DNA of 64,000 bases. Source: the human T2T-CHM13v2.0 reference genome, Homo sapiens. The stretch lies in NCBI RefSeq assembly GCF_009914755.1, contig NC_060937.1; one strand, given 5' to 3'. The position numbers were made by a program, and so were the translations under genes. Shown here piece after piece: positions 1-12,544 of this stretch. The notes under the pieces were generated by a model. The model worked only from the letters and a program-made list of their open reading frames with translations. It was not told the origin of the DNA and made no database searches. The stretch's first letter is position 1. Every line of letters begins with the position of its first letter.

Positions 1-227
1 GTTTCTCCTGAGACTTTTCTCCTTTGTTTGTAGATGGTCTCTCCACTGTGTGTGCATGCACCTTTCATGTCTCTTCCTTTCTTACAAAGACACAAGTCTA
101 TTGGATCCTCATTTTAACTTAACCTTCTCTTTAAAGACTTTCTCTTCCAATATCGTTACACTATGAGGTACTGGGGATTGGGATTTCAATGTATGAATTT
201 TAAGTAGACATCACTCAGCCAATAACA
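1..227 (-). mobile_element. MLT1-family MaLR LTR fragment, truncated by the window edge
   Basis: Ends in ...gaggtactgggg...ttcaatgtatgaattt...tcagccaataaca, which is the reverse complement of the MLT1 LTR start. Confidence 0.75.
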
Positions 228-259
228 AGATTTATGGCAGATTTTTTAAACACAATATT

Positions 260-2569
260 TGATATAGCTTGGCTCTGTGTCGCCACCCAAATTTCATCTT
301 GAATTATAGCTCCTATAATTCCCATGTGTTGTGGGAGGGATCTGGTGGGAGATAATTGAATCATGGAGGTGTTTTTCCCCTATACTGTTCTCATGGTAGT
401 CAATAAGTCTCTTGAGATCTGATGGTTGTATAAGTGGCAACCCCTTTCACTTGACTTTTATTCTCTCTTTGCCAGCTGCCATGAATTTTGTCCCTCTGCT
501 CTTCCTTCATCTTCCACCATGATTGTGAGGCCTCCCGAGCCATGTGGAACTGTGAGTCAATTAAACTTCTTTTCTTTATAAATTACTCAGTCTCCAGTAC
601 ACAGCATGAAAATGGACTAAGACACTAAATTGGTACCAGTAGAGTGGAGTGCTGCTGTTAAGATACTCGGAAATGTGGAAGCAACTTTGGAACTGGATAA
701 CAGACAGAAGCTGTAACAATTTGGAGGGCTCAGAAGAAGACGGGAAAATTTAGGAAAGTTTGGAACTTCCTAGAGCCTTGTTGAATGGCTTTGACCAAAA
801 TGCTGATAACTATCGACTATGAAATCCAGACTGAGGTAGTCTCAGATGGAGATGAGGAACTTGTTAGGAACTGGAGTAAACATGACTCTTGCTATGCTTT
901 AGCAGAGACTGGTGGCATTTTGCTCCTGCCCTAGAGATTTGTGGGACTTCAAACTTGAGGGAAATGATTTAGGGTATCTGATGGAAGAAATTTCTAAGCA
1001 GCAAAGCCTTCAAGAGGTTACTTGGATGCTGTTAAAAGGATTCAGTTTTAAAAGGGAAACAGAGCATAAAAGTTCAGAAAATTTGCAGCTTGATGATGCA
1101 GTAGGAAAGAAAACCCCATTTTCTGAGGAGAAATTCAAGCTGGCTGCAGAAATCTGTGTAAGTAATGAGGAGCCAAATATTAATCACCAAGGCAATGGCG
1201 AAAATGTCTCCAGGACATGTCAGAGACTTTTGTGGCAGCCCCTTGCACCACAGGCACTGAGGCCTAGAAGGAAAAAATGGTTTCTTGGGCCGGGACCAAG
1301 CCCCCCTCTACTGTGTCCAGCCTAGGGAATTGGTGCCCTGCCTCCCAGCTACTCTAGCCATGGCTAAAAGGGGCCAAGGTATAGCTTGGGCTGTGGCTTC
1401 AGAGTGTGCAAGCCCCAGGTCTTGGAAGGTTCCAGGTGGTATTGAGCCTGCAGGTGCACAGAAGTCAAGAACTGAGGTTTAGGAACCTCTGCCTAAATTT
1501 CAGAGGATATATGGAAACACCTGGATGTCCAGGCAGAAGTTTAATGCAGGGGCAGGGTTCTCAAGGAAAACCTCTGCTAGGGCAGTGCAGAAGGAAAACA
1601 TGGGGTCAGAGGCCCCACACAGAGTCCCTACTGGGGCACTAGTGGAGTCCCTAGTGGAACTGTGAGAAGAGGGCCACTGTCCGACCCCAGAATGGCAGAT
1701 CTACCAACACCTTGCACTGTTCACCTAGAAAAGCCACACACACTCAACACCAACTCATGAAAGCAGCCAAGAAGGTGGTTGCACCCTGCAAAGCCACAGG
1801 GGTGGTGTTGCCCAAGACCATGGGAATCCACCTCTTGCATCAGTGTGACATGGATGTGAGATATGGAGTCAAAGGAGATCATTTTGGAGCTTCAAGTTTT
1901 GACTGCCCTGCTGGATTTTGAACTTGCATGGAGCCTTGGCCCCTGCATTTTGGCCAATTTCTCCCATTTGGAATGGCTGTATTTACCCAATGCATGTAAC
2001 CCCATCGTATTTAGGAAGTAACTAACTTGCTTTTGATTTTACAGGCTCATAGGTGGAAGGGATTTGCCTTATCTCAGATGAGACTTTAGATTGTGGACTT
2101 TTGAGTTAATACTGAAATGAGTTAAGACTTTGGGGGACTGTTAGGAAGGCATGATTGGTTTTGAAATGTGAGAGCATGAGATTTGGAGGGACCAGGGGCA
2201 GAATGATATGGTTTGGCTCTGTGTCCCCACCCAAATCTCATATTGAGTTGTAGCTCCCATAATTCCCACATGTTGTGGGAGGGATCTGGTGGGAGATAAT
2301 TGAATCATGCAGACAGTTTTCCCCATAATGTTCTCATGGTAGTGAATAAGTCTCATGAGAGCTCATGGTTTTATAAGGGGAAATCCTTTTTGCTTGGCCC
2401 TCTTTCTCTCTCTTTGCTGGCTGCCATGAAAAATATCCCTTTGCTCTTCCTTTGTCTTCTACCATGATTGTGAGGCCTCCCCAGCCATGTGGAACTGTGA
2501 GTCAATTAAACTTCTTTTCTTTGTAAATTACCCAGTCATGGGTATGCAGTGTGAAAATGGACTAATACA
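260..2569 (+). mobile_element. Full-length THE1D ERVL-MaLR element: LTR 260-624, internal 625-2203, LTR 2204-2569
   Basis: Two ~365-bp direct LTRs (tgatat.g.ttggctctgtgtc...ggactaa.aca). The internal part starts ctaaattggtaccagtagagtgg and has a purine-rich tract before the 3' LTR. 5-bp TSD ATATT/ATAAT. Confidence 0.95.
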
Positions 2570-2884
2570 ATAATCTATATTTTATTACTTCTTTGATGGT
2601 TCCAATACCTATTAAACGTTTCTTCGTGTGATATAAAATTGCTTTCTAAAATCCGAAGAACCTCAGAAAATATGCTTATGTAATTCATATAATTTTGTTA
2701 TTTTCCCTCCTCTGCATGAGCTAATAATTTAAATTCCTTGAGTTTACAAATTTTTGACTTCTAAATTGGCCCATATTTTATCTTCTCTTTCTATAATAGC
2801 TAGAAAATAAGTGGTCCCACGTACATGTTTAGATTCTAATCATACTTTTCTGAAAATCTTTTACAAAAAATAGACTGCTTTCTT

Positions 2885-3005
2885 TGATATGTGAGCTTGG
2901 GCTGTTACTTAATTTTTCTGCACCTCAGTCTTCTACTCTTTGAGGTAGAATAAAAATATTTACCTCATAATTTCTGTAAAAACCAACTAAGATCCTATGT
3001 GGGAA
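2885..3005 (+). mobile_element. MIR SINE fragment
   Basis: tgtgagcttgggctgttacttaatttttctgcacctcagt...tacctcata resembles the MIR core. Confidence 0.7.
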
Positions 3006-3449
3006 GATACATGCAGAGGCTGCTTTCTCACTTTATGCCCTCACTCCCTCTCCTTAAATATAAGAATACAACCTGTTCTCAAGTAGCTCAAAATCCAGTA
3101 GCTCAAGATCTCTGTTAAAATCATTGTTTATTGTACTGTTAGAGATTGTGATTTCTCATAACTTTTGAGTTTTGTATGGTTGTTTGTTGCCTAATTAAAT
3201 GTCCCAGATTACTTTGTATTTCTAAAATATCTTATATCTGTTTTTAATTTTTCTTCTATTGCTTGTGCCACATCAGTTTACCAGCCATCACTTTTTATTA
3301 AAATCAGTGAAACTTCTTCTATCAGCCTTCCTCACTTTAATTTACTGTTCCAAATAACCTGTGAGCTGGAAAATCAGATAATCAAGTCTATTGGAATTTG
3401 AGCAGATGTAGGAGAGTAGGAGTTATCAAGTCTCAACCTTGGATTTGGG

Positions 3450-3645
3450 TCTATGCTGGGTTATTTTTATGTCATTTAATCCTCATAACAGCCCAAGGAG
3501 GGGGTACTATTATTACTGTCATTTTGCAGATGAGGACACTGAGACTTCAGGAAATAATTTACTAAAAGATAAAAATGTAGGAAAGAATAAAGTCAGCAGC
3601 TGAAATCAGATCTTCCAATACCAGGTTCAATACCACTACACCATA
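3450..3645 (-). mobile_element. MIR SINE
   Basis: catttaatcctcataacagccc...attttgcagatgaggacactgag is the antisense MIR core. Confidence 0.8.
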
Positions 3646-3879
3646 TACCCCGAAGTGAGATATTCCTTTAATGAATTCCTAAGGGCCCCAGGCTTGTTGC
3701 ACCATATTAATTTATTTATGATTTTTTATTATAGCACTTCTCTCAAAGATTGTAAGAACTGTTATGACATTTAATTAGACATCATAACACTAGTTCTCTG
3801 CCAATTTATATATAATAAAATTTCATAAGGTAAAAATATTACTCAAGGAAATCTTGTTCAACAATAATCATAGAAAACA

Positions 3880-4050
3880 GCTGATGTTCATTGAGTGATG
3901 TGTCTCTGTTCTATGTTCTTTACCTTTACTTACATGTGTCACCATATTCAATCTTCACCATCATCTGTGAGTTCAATACTGTTACTATACCTATTTTACA
4001 GGTAAAGAAACAAGTTTTGAGTAGTTAGTAATTTTCCGGTATTCAAATCC
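3880..4050 (-). mobile_element. MIR SINE fragment
   Basis: ttcaatcttcacca...ctattttacaggtaaagaaac matches the antisense MIR core. Confidence 0.65.
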
Positions 4051-4479
4051 CGTCAGGTGAAACTAGTAGGAGAATCAAAACCAGAGAAGCTTCCTTTAGC
4101 ACTCAACACTGAAAACAGAACATTTCAAAAGTGGTACTCATTATTTATTAATGGTTTGGGTTCACTGAGCAAAACATATCTTACCTTGACAGAAATCAGT
4201 CTCAGGACCCCAGAAGTGATTATATAAAGCTGTGGGTCAAACCAGAAGTCTGGGGGATGAAACCTACATATTTATTGGAATTTTATTAATAAGTAACCCA
4301 AATTCACAGATTTCTACTGTTATCCCTAGAATTGTTGGTCAGGCCTAAATTTAACCCCTGTGCTTTCCTTGTGGAAGAAGACTTCCAAGGCTCAATCTGT
4401 TTTCTGCACTCTGTGGTTGCTTCCTGCAATAATTCTATCTTATTTTGTGGGGTTAGAGGAGTCCTACCATTCTCCATAA

Positions 4480-5370
4480 CTACTCCCCTCTTCCCTTTTT
4501 GCTTTTAAGGTCATCAAACATTTGAAATTCTGGTGCACAAGTCATCTTACCTTTTCCACTTTCTGCCTACATCATTGAGGACTCAAGTTCTCAACTGGAG
4601 CAGAGTGGATGAATAAACAAAGGTTTCTTTATATTTACAAATTTAGCCATCCTAATCTTCACCAAACCAAAACAATACCTATTTATTTCTTACTTCCAAT
4701 TCGTAACCATAGCTCACTACCTTCCCAATTCTGTTATTATCTCATCTCTACTATATTGGCTTCTCTATCTTATAAAACCTTGCTCCATGCTCTCCTTTTT
4801 CTCCAAGGCTATTCCCAGTCCCCAACTCTTTCCTTTCACCTCATATCCTCAACCCATTCTTCCCTCATTTTCTTCTCCATTCAATCTAGACCCTACAGAC
4901 CAACATTCCATTCTTAAAATATCTCTGTCCCATCACTGAAATCAGCTTCACAGAGTCTCTCCTCTGCTTTAATACCAACAATTGTTTCCTTTCCTATTTC
5001 TTGACTGCAAACAGAGAAAAGCTGAAAGCAGCATAGCTGAGTACAATGACAAATGTACCATCATCATCCTCAGCCTTTGCTAAATGTTTTCTCCCATGCT
5101 TCACAATGGCCATTTTCAGATATTCACTGTTACCTTCAAGCCTTCAAAGCCTGTTGACTTTCAACAGTCACACTGTATTCTATTTCCAGAAAAAAAGAGA
5201 AGTTACTAGGAATGAATAACACATCCATCTTAATTTTCTTTTCTAATGTCTCAGAGAAAAAGATATATCTACTCATAACCAGTCAGTTCTTCTACCTAGG
5301 TTGAGATTCACTTTCCCTCTCATAATAATCTTGCTCCATCAATAATCTAATTTGTCAACTAAATCTTCAA
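4480..5370 (+). mobile_element. Degenerate L2 LINE body fragments
   Basis: Pyrimidine-rich, decayed sequence with L2-like motifs. Boundaries are uncertain. Confidence 0.4.
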
Positions 5371-5547
5371 CCTGTTTACAGAACTGAAGGCCACAGTCTA
5401 TACAGTGGTGATTTCCCACCAAGCATCACTGTCTCCACTAGCATTTTCCTCCAGATGAATGCTGTCTGTCATTGTTGCTATCCTGAACCAAGTCTTCCAA
5501 AATGGCCAAAACCTCATGGCACCAAGACATCTACATGCATAAGTGTC

Positions 5548-5559
5548 TGTGTGTGTGTG

Positions 5560-5590
<31 letters not shown>

Positions 5591-5612
5591 AGATAGAGAG
5601 AGGGAGAGAGAG
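5548..5612. repeat. Compound (TG)n/(GA)n microsatellite
   Basis: Read directly from the sequence. Confidence 0.95.
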
Positions 5613-7926
5613 TGGGAGAAGGGGGAAGAAAGTGAGGGACACATCTTAGTTTTCTGCTTATTCCTTTTCTTTTGGCCCCAAGGGGTATTTTAAACCAAAG
5701 ACCAAACCCCCGAGTCCAAAGATTTCATTTGCAACAGAAGTAAATAAATGGCAAAACTGCCATCAAGAAATAGGTCCTAAATGTGTAGAACAGATAAATT
5801 GACCTAATAATTTTGCCACCCACTATACTTGTAAAAAACCTCATGCCTAGTTTAAATGTACAGTTTTCTAAATAAAAGTCTAGAAGGCCTCAAATATCTT
5901 TTTATGTTTTGTTTTTATCATCAAATGCATTTATAAAGTAGACACATAAAATTTTACCAAATGTATTTTTAAAACGGTGGGATAAAGGGGTTATATACCT
6001 AAAAAGTCTGGTTATAAATAAATAAATAAACCCACTCATGAGCACATGTCATTTTATGCTGAAATAAGTGTGCTAAAAGCAATAATGAATATATGTAGTA
6101 TGCTTAGAAATTCCCTGTAAAATATTTAAAAGTTTAAGAGTTGCCATATTGAACTCATTATAATCTGTCCATCAGAGAAAAAAGTTGGCATTTTCTTTCA
6201 CAGCCATGGAAATGGTCATTTTCAGCAGAAATTTCATGATAGAAGCCTCAAGTAATAAAATAAAGTTACCAATAAAATCATTCAGGGTGATTTTTCAGAT
6301 GCTCTCGTAGCTCCATTGAGTAGGAGCAGGGGTACAGGATGCATACAACTCCATAAAAACAGCACTTCCTTTCCTCTGGCTTAAGAATCAAGATGGAATT
6401 TTTGTTTGGCTTCCTTCAAGTAAAACCAAGCATAAAATATAATAGTTATGAATGTCAGCAAAAAGCAGAGAAATAGATATTAAGTGACAAAAAGATTCTG
6501 ATTTCTAGAACCATAAGCAAGGGAGTTTAGAGTGACAAAATAAAATCAGAAGAGTATGTCAATGTGTATGTTGAGTGTGGGTAGTGCTTCCTTTGACAAG
6601 AATGCTCTAGAATCACAGTGGGAGGCAGCCTTCCAGCACTGAGGTTTGAAAGAGGTTACATCTTGAGAAGCTGCAAGCAGAACTGGATATCCCTGTACAT
6701 GCAGGATAAGAAAAAATGGCCTGGCCCATGAGGAGCAAATTCTGAGTTAAAACCATTTCTGCCACTTGCAAAAAGTTTCCTTCCATCTCTTTGCTTTTTA
6801 TTTCAAATCTCAACTGCACTCTCCATTTCACTAGGAAATCTGGAAGTCACTTTGGTTGAGGAAGGAGTGGAAAGGACAGGAAGAACAGATATTAAACTTG
6901 GAGAGTATGTGGAGCATGGGCAAGGGAATCTGCCTATGGGGCGGTCAGGAAGCCATCTAGAAACCCAGGCCCACTGAGGACCATGCTTTACCCCCCGACC
7001 TTGCCAGAAGCATCCCTAGCAACAGAGAGGAGGTAAGGGGCACACACAGCTGGGTCAAGGAGTGCGTGAGCAGAAGGACAACTTACCAATGTGATAAAAT
7101 ATGCCCTTGGCCATTTCATCAAATGACATTGGCAAATGTTATCACCTCTCCTTCCATACATTTGTTAAAAAAAAATGCTACACTCCCTTCCCATCAAATT
7201 AAATTGGGAAAATAATTGATAACGTGCTTTTCATGATTGCCATCCAATTCTGAGGAAGTTTCCATATAAATAGAAGTTAAGGTTATTACGATTCCAGTTG
7301 CCCAGGTTTCGTTATAAAGTTCAGAAATTTTGCTAGGAGCACTGGGGTAAGGTGGTTTTGAAAAGCATCCTGAATACTTCAGACTTCCCCTGGAGCAGGC
7401 TTTGGAAAATATTTTTGCTTCCCTCTGTACTTTCTTCATTTTCCTGACACCAAAATGAACTTTGAAAATGATGGCATCTGCTGTCCCCTCATCAAAAGGT
7501 GGGGCTCCAGACCATCTGTGTGACATTTTGCTAAAATAAGGAAATTTGATTTTAAAATTTGTTGCTAAATGTTTAAAAAAAATCCCCTGCAAAGGTTAAA
7601 ACCATAGTGAGGGACATCCTGGTGGCTAAAATTAGGCTTGTTCCTATTAGCAAAGGCCAGGGCCTGCAGTGGGGAAATGTGGAGCCACCTTTGTTGAAAA
7701 CATCCTGACCTTTTTGTCATTGCTGGATTCCTATGGAGCAACAGGCATGTGTCCTGCTTTCAGTTACATGTTGCCCTCTTCTGTGCTATCTTAATTTAAT
7801 GATTGGTAAGACCATAAAAAATAAAAACTATTGAACTGAGTTCTGTTAATTATATCTTTTTGGAACCTAAAATCTTTTTTAAAGATTTTAAAATAAAAAT
7901 ACATAATCCCTGGTAATATGTTAGTG

Positions 7927-7970
<44 letters not shown>
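7927..7970. repeat. (TG)n microsatellite with one interruption
   Basis: Read directly from the sequence. Confidence 0.95.
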
Positions 7971-8249
7971 CATAGCTAGAAATAAAAGTAGAGCAGCTTC
8001 TTTGAGCCATTCCCTTTGAGCAACTTAAAACCTGGGAAAATAACTTCAGCTCTTTCTCACCTACTTTATATCTCTCCTTCTCAAGGTGCAGGAAGCTGCA
8101 CAAGCTAGAAAACTGAGAATTTAGAACTCACACTGTTGTGCATTTTTAAAAGTCACTTTTATTTAGTGAAGGGTCTTTAGTCAGTACTGAAGAAACCCAG
8201 TTTCTGACTTTTCCTCAATTTCTCCATCTGTTCAAAATAGAGACAAATG

Positions 8250-8539
8250 GGCCAGGTGCAGTGGCTCACGCCTGTAATCCCAGCACTTTGGGAGGCTGAG
8301 GTGGGTGGATCACTAGGTCAGGAGATCCAGATCATCCTGGCCAACATGGTGAAACCCTGTCTCTACTAAAAATACAAAAATTAGCCAGCCATGGTGGTGT
8401 GCGCCTGTAGTCCCAGCTACTCAGGAGGCTGAGGCAGGAGAATCGCTTGAACCCGGGAGGTGGAGGTTGCAGTGAGCCGAAGATCATGCCACTGCACTCC
8501 AGTCTGGGCAACAGAGTGAGACTCTGTCAAAAAAATAAA
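8250..8539 (+). mobile_element. Alu (AluSc-like)
   Basis: Full dimer with A tail. TSD agagacaaatg at 8239-8249 and 8540-8550. Confidence 0.95.
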
Positions 8540-9599
8540 AGAGACAAATGAAGAAAAATCACAGAAATAACATCATATGAAGACAAAGTTGGTAAGATTA
8601 GCACAGCAGCCTTTAATGAAAGGCTTTCCGGCTTTGTCCTTAACGGCATGGCAGTCTTTGATAGGAAATAATTTTCATCATGTTACAATGAGTAGAAGGA
8701 AAAATTAAACATATTGGTAGCATATCTTCGAGCAGAAATATCTCTAGGGATACAATCAACCTGCAGCCCTGCTACAGGAGGAAAGGCAATGACATGTATT
8801 TCATCAAGGTGTCTTTATAAAGGTGGAAAAGTTTGGTTTCTGATCATGGAAGCCTCTCCCAAATAATCAGAATATTCCATGAGGCTGTGAGTTATCCAGA
8901 GAGTTGATAATCAAACATGCATTTCATTCTCAAGTTCTAAATTGGGAATTTTAACAAGGTTCAAACACCTGAATTGTTTTTCTTAGAAGTGTTCTCTGTT
9001 TTTGGAGTGTAGGAATTAGGATTGCTTACACAGTCTCTTTACAGTGATAAAATCAGCTTTGGTTTGAGGCTTCCTATGGTAATAATATTAATTTATTTAA
9101 TTTTATTTGTATATAAATTATTTCATAGATCAGGACATGAAAATTGTTTAAGAAAATGAATTAGAAACTTCTGTTTTTTAATGATGGACTTATGTTTCTG
9201 TCCCCTTCTGCTCTCTAAAATAACAAGAAGAACAAGAAACAGAAGTATAAACTTGCATTTCAATAAAATTGGAGGCATTGGTAACCATAACTACATTACT
9301 AACTAGAAAGACTGCCAACTGTAGTGAAGGTCAAATGGAGATGAGTGAAGATGCTGAGGAAGCACATCTGAAGTTAGAATTTCAAGCAATGGGCCAGAAC
9401 ACAGTTCTTCAAAGCAGGTTGCCTGCACTTAACTATGTGATCAGTGTTAATGTCAACACTAATGGGAAAAGCTGATGCCATGCATCTCCTCAGAAAGGTG
9501 CAAGATTGCATATTTCTATCCCTTGAAAAAGACAGCCTGAAATGAATCACAAGGAAACAATCAGATTATATAAATCAAGAATGTTGTGGACATTCAGCA

Positions 9600-10434
9600 A
9601 AAATGAAGTGGACCGCCACCCAAAATTTGGTTTGAAAGTTCAAATTGATGATGTAACACACGCATACCTAGAAGGTATAGAAAGGCATGAATATGTTTAT
9701 TACTCACATAATGAGACTTTCTGGATGAAATGAAGTGGCTCCCATGAATACTCAAAAATTGCTTTAGAGAGAGAAACAAAAGATGGCTTGGGATTTTTAT
9801 TGTGGTTAGGAGGTGAAGTCAGAGTGAAGGTTCCCACACAAGGGCAGGAGCTTGCATAGTTTTTTCAACTTAAATAACAAACTAGGAGTCTAAAAGAGAG
9901 GATATATATTTGAGAATGAAGCACTGCAATGGGAATATGTGTGCCATAAGTAAACTATGTGCATATTCATGGAGGTAAAGGAAGCAAATGTTTTTAAAAT
10001 AACAATGAGGAGAATTAAATAACTGTTTTGAAATAATTATTTGTGGTTATAAGGATCAATAACAAGGATGATGCCAGTCTGAGGTTGGACAGGCAGCTGT
10101 TGGGCAGACATCCTTGCAGAAGTATTTTTTGTGGAAGGTTGCAATGGCCTTTGTGCAAGCTTGTGTTTTCACGGTCTTTTTAGTTATCAAAAAAATAAAT
10201 GTGAGAACCCTCTCTTCATGGCCTTTCCTGGCTCTGTTCATCAGGGTTTTCTTAACATTAATGACTCCATTTTGATTCTGACAATGTTCACAGTTTGAAA
10301 CTCCAACTGCACCATAAAGGAAACACTTGGGCTTTTTTGTCAGCTTGCCTAAGTGTGGGGCGGAAGAGGCAAGGTGAGTCTCGAAAGTTGTCAGCAGTCA
10401 AACATCAAAAAGTAGAGTCAGACTCTTTCTTCCA
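9600..10434 (-). mobile_element. ERVL-type solo LTR (MER76-like), split by a MER65 LTR
   Basis: accgccacccaaaatttggtttg...tttattactcacataatgag on the left. It resumes at 10293 and ends ...cagcagtcaaacatcaaaaagtagagtcagactcttt. Confidence 0.65.
9863..10292 (-). mobile_element. MER65-family ERV1 solo LTR
   Basis: Ends ...tgactccattttgattctgacaatgttcaca, the reverse complement of the MER65 start. 4-bp TSD GTTT on both sides. Confidence 0.75.
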
Positions 10435-10930
10435 AAGGGGCATTTTACAGAAGCAATGCCTATGGCTCTTCCAAAATGTCAATATAAAGATGTAAAAGCA
10501 TACAAATCTGTTCAATATTAAAGATGAAAGAGACATGAAAAATAAATTCAGTGTGTGATCTTGGATTGGAAGCTGGATCAGAAAAACACACTCTAAAATA
10601 CATTATTGGGACAGTTGGTGAATTTTGAATATAAATGATCTAGTTATTATGTATCAGGGTTAAATTTCCTCAATTGAATAATTCTATTTTGGTTGTTTCA
10701 GAGAATTTTTTTCTTAAGCTATACATCAAGCATTTCTGAGTAAAGAATCATGAAATTTGCAATTGGTTCAGTAAATGATAACTTTTATATATGTACATTA
10801 CAAGCGTGTATATACTTTTAATGGAGAGAAAGAAAAATTATCTCAAATAGTAAATCTAGGAAAAGAGTATACGTAAGTTTACTTTCTTGTAAATTTTCTG
10901 TACCTTCAAATTTTTTACAAAATAAAAAGA
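10435..10930 (+). mobile_element. L1MC-type 3' end; an upstream part lies at about 9530-9600
   Basis: agagacatgaaa...gtgtgatcttggattgga...cattattgggacagttggtgaattttgaat...caaaataaaaag is typical of an L1MC 3' UTR. Confidence 0.75.
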
Positions 10931-11743
10931 CTAAATAACAGAGGTAGTGTGAATTCTCTTTACTGGAAATAAAGGAGCAGAATTCGTGGACTGACAGGTG
11001 AAGGTTTCTTGGGCCCTTTGTACCACTGAGGATACTGGAAAGGGTCTGCTAATTGAGGACACACAGAGGAGATGACATTTGCAGGGTGGAGGTTAGAGAC
11101 TAGGTTCAGAGCTGCTACTTTTTATTGAATGAGGAGAAGACAAAAACAACTTATACCCTCACACACAGCCTGGGTCAGGCTAAAAATATTCACTCTATGC
11201 CAGGAAACAAATATACCAATCCAGATGACTTGCTGGCCAATCTGAACACAAACTTTGGCAGTAGCCAGTCCAGGAAAAATTTATCTCATGCAGTCAATAT
11301 AAAGAAACCAACTAGAAGAAATCGATACATTCCTAGAGACATAAAACATACACAGATTGAATCTAGAAAAAATAGCCTGAACAGAACAATAACAAGTAAA
11401 GAGATTAAATCAATAATAAAAAACCTCCTAACAAAGTCTAGGGCCAGATAGCATCACAGGTGAATTCTACCAAACATTCAAAAAAGAATTGATAGCAATA
11501 CTACATTCTTCCAAAAAAATAGAAGAGGGAACATCTCCAAATTTATTTTATGAGGCCAGTGTCACCCTGATACCAAAGCCAGACAAAGACATCGCACGAA
11601 ATTACAGGTCAATATCTTTGAACATAGACGCAAAAATCTTCAATAAAATATCAGCAAACCTAATCCAAAAGCACATTTCGAGGATTATACACAGTGACCA
11701 AGTAGAATTTATCCCTGGGAACCAAAGAATGGTTCAACATATG

Positions 11744-12117
11744 CAATATGGTTTGCATCTCTGTCTCTACCCAAATCCCCTGTGGGATTGTAATCCCCAT
11801 TGTTGGAGGTGAGGCCTGGTGGGAAGTGACAGGATCATGGGGGCGGGTTTCACATAAATGGTTTGGTACCATCCTCTTGGTGCTATTCTGAAGACAGTTG
11901 AGTTCTCACAAGATATGGTCTTTTAAAAGTGTGTGGCACCTGTTTCCCACCTTGCTCCTGCTTTTGCCATATGACATGCAAGCTCCAGCACTGCCCTCTG
12001 CCATGATTGTCAGCTTCCTGTGCAGCCTACAGAACAGTGAACCAATTAAATTCCTTTCCTTTATAAATTACTCAGTCTCAGGTATTTTTTATAGCAATCC
12101 AGGAACCACCTACTACA
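11744..12117 (+). mobile_element. MSTA-like MaLR solo LTR inserted in L1 ORF2
   Basis: atatggtttgcatctctgtctctacccaaatc...tttatagcaat...ctactaca. 5-bp TSD ATATG. Confidence 0.9.
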
Positions 12118-12241
12118 ATATGCAAATCTATAGATGTGATACACTACATTAACAAAATGAAAGACAAAAACCACAATCATCTCAATTGACACAGAAAAGG
12201 CATTTGAAAAAATCTAACATCCTTTCATGATAAAAAATCTT

Positions 12242-12544
<303 letters not shown>

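Noticed and set aside
912-1921. Several + strand ORFs of 65-137 aa
   Set aside because: They are fragmented remnants of the THE1 internal ORF, not a host gene
7025-7090. Good splice donors on both strands (GAG|gtaagg on +, TTG|gtaagt on -)
   Set aside because: No convincing matching acceptor or reading frame; isolated donors are common
7194-7592. 132-aa minus-strand ORF in unique sequence
   Set aside because: Non-ATG start, no recognisable domain, and a length within chance expectation for 64 kb
11125-11812. ORFs with reverse transcriptase-like motifs
   Set aside because: Decayed L1 ORF2, broken by stops, an LTR and an Alu
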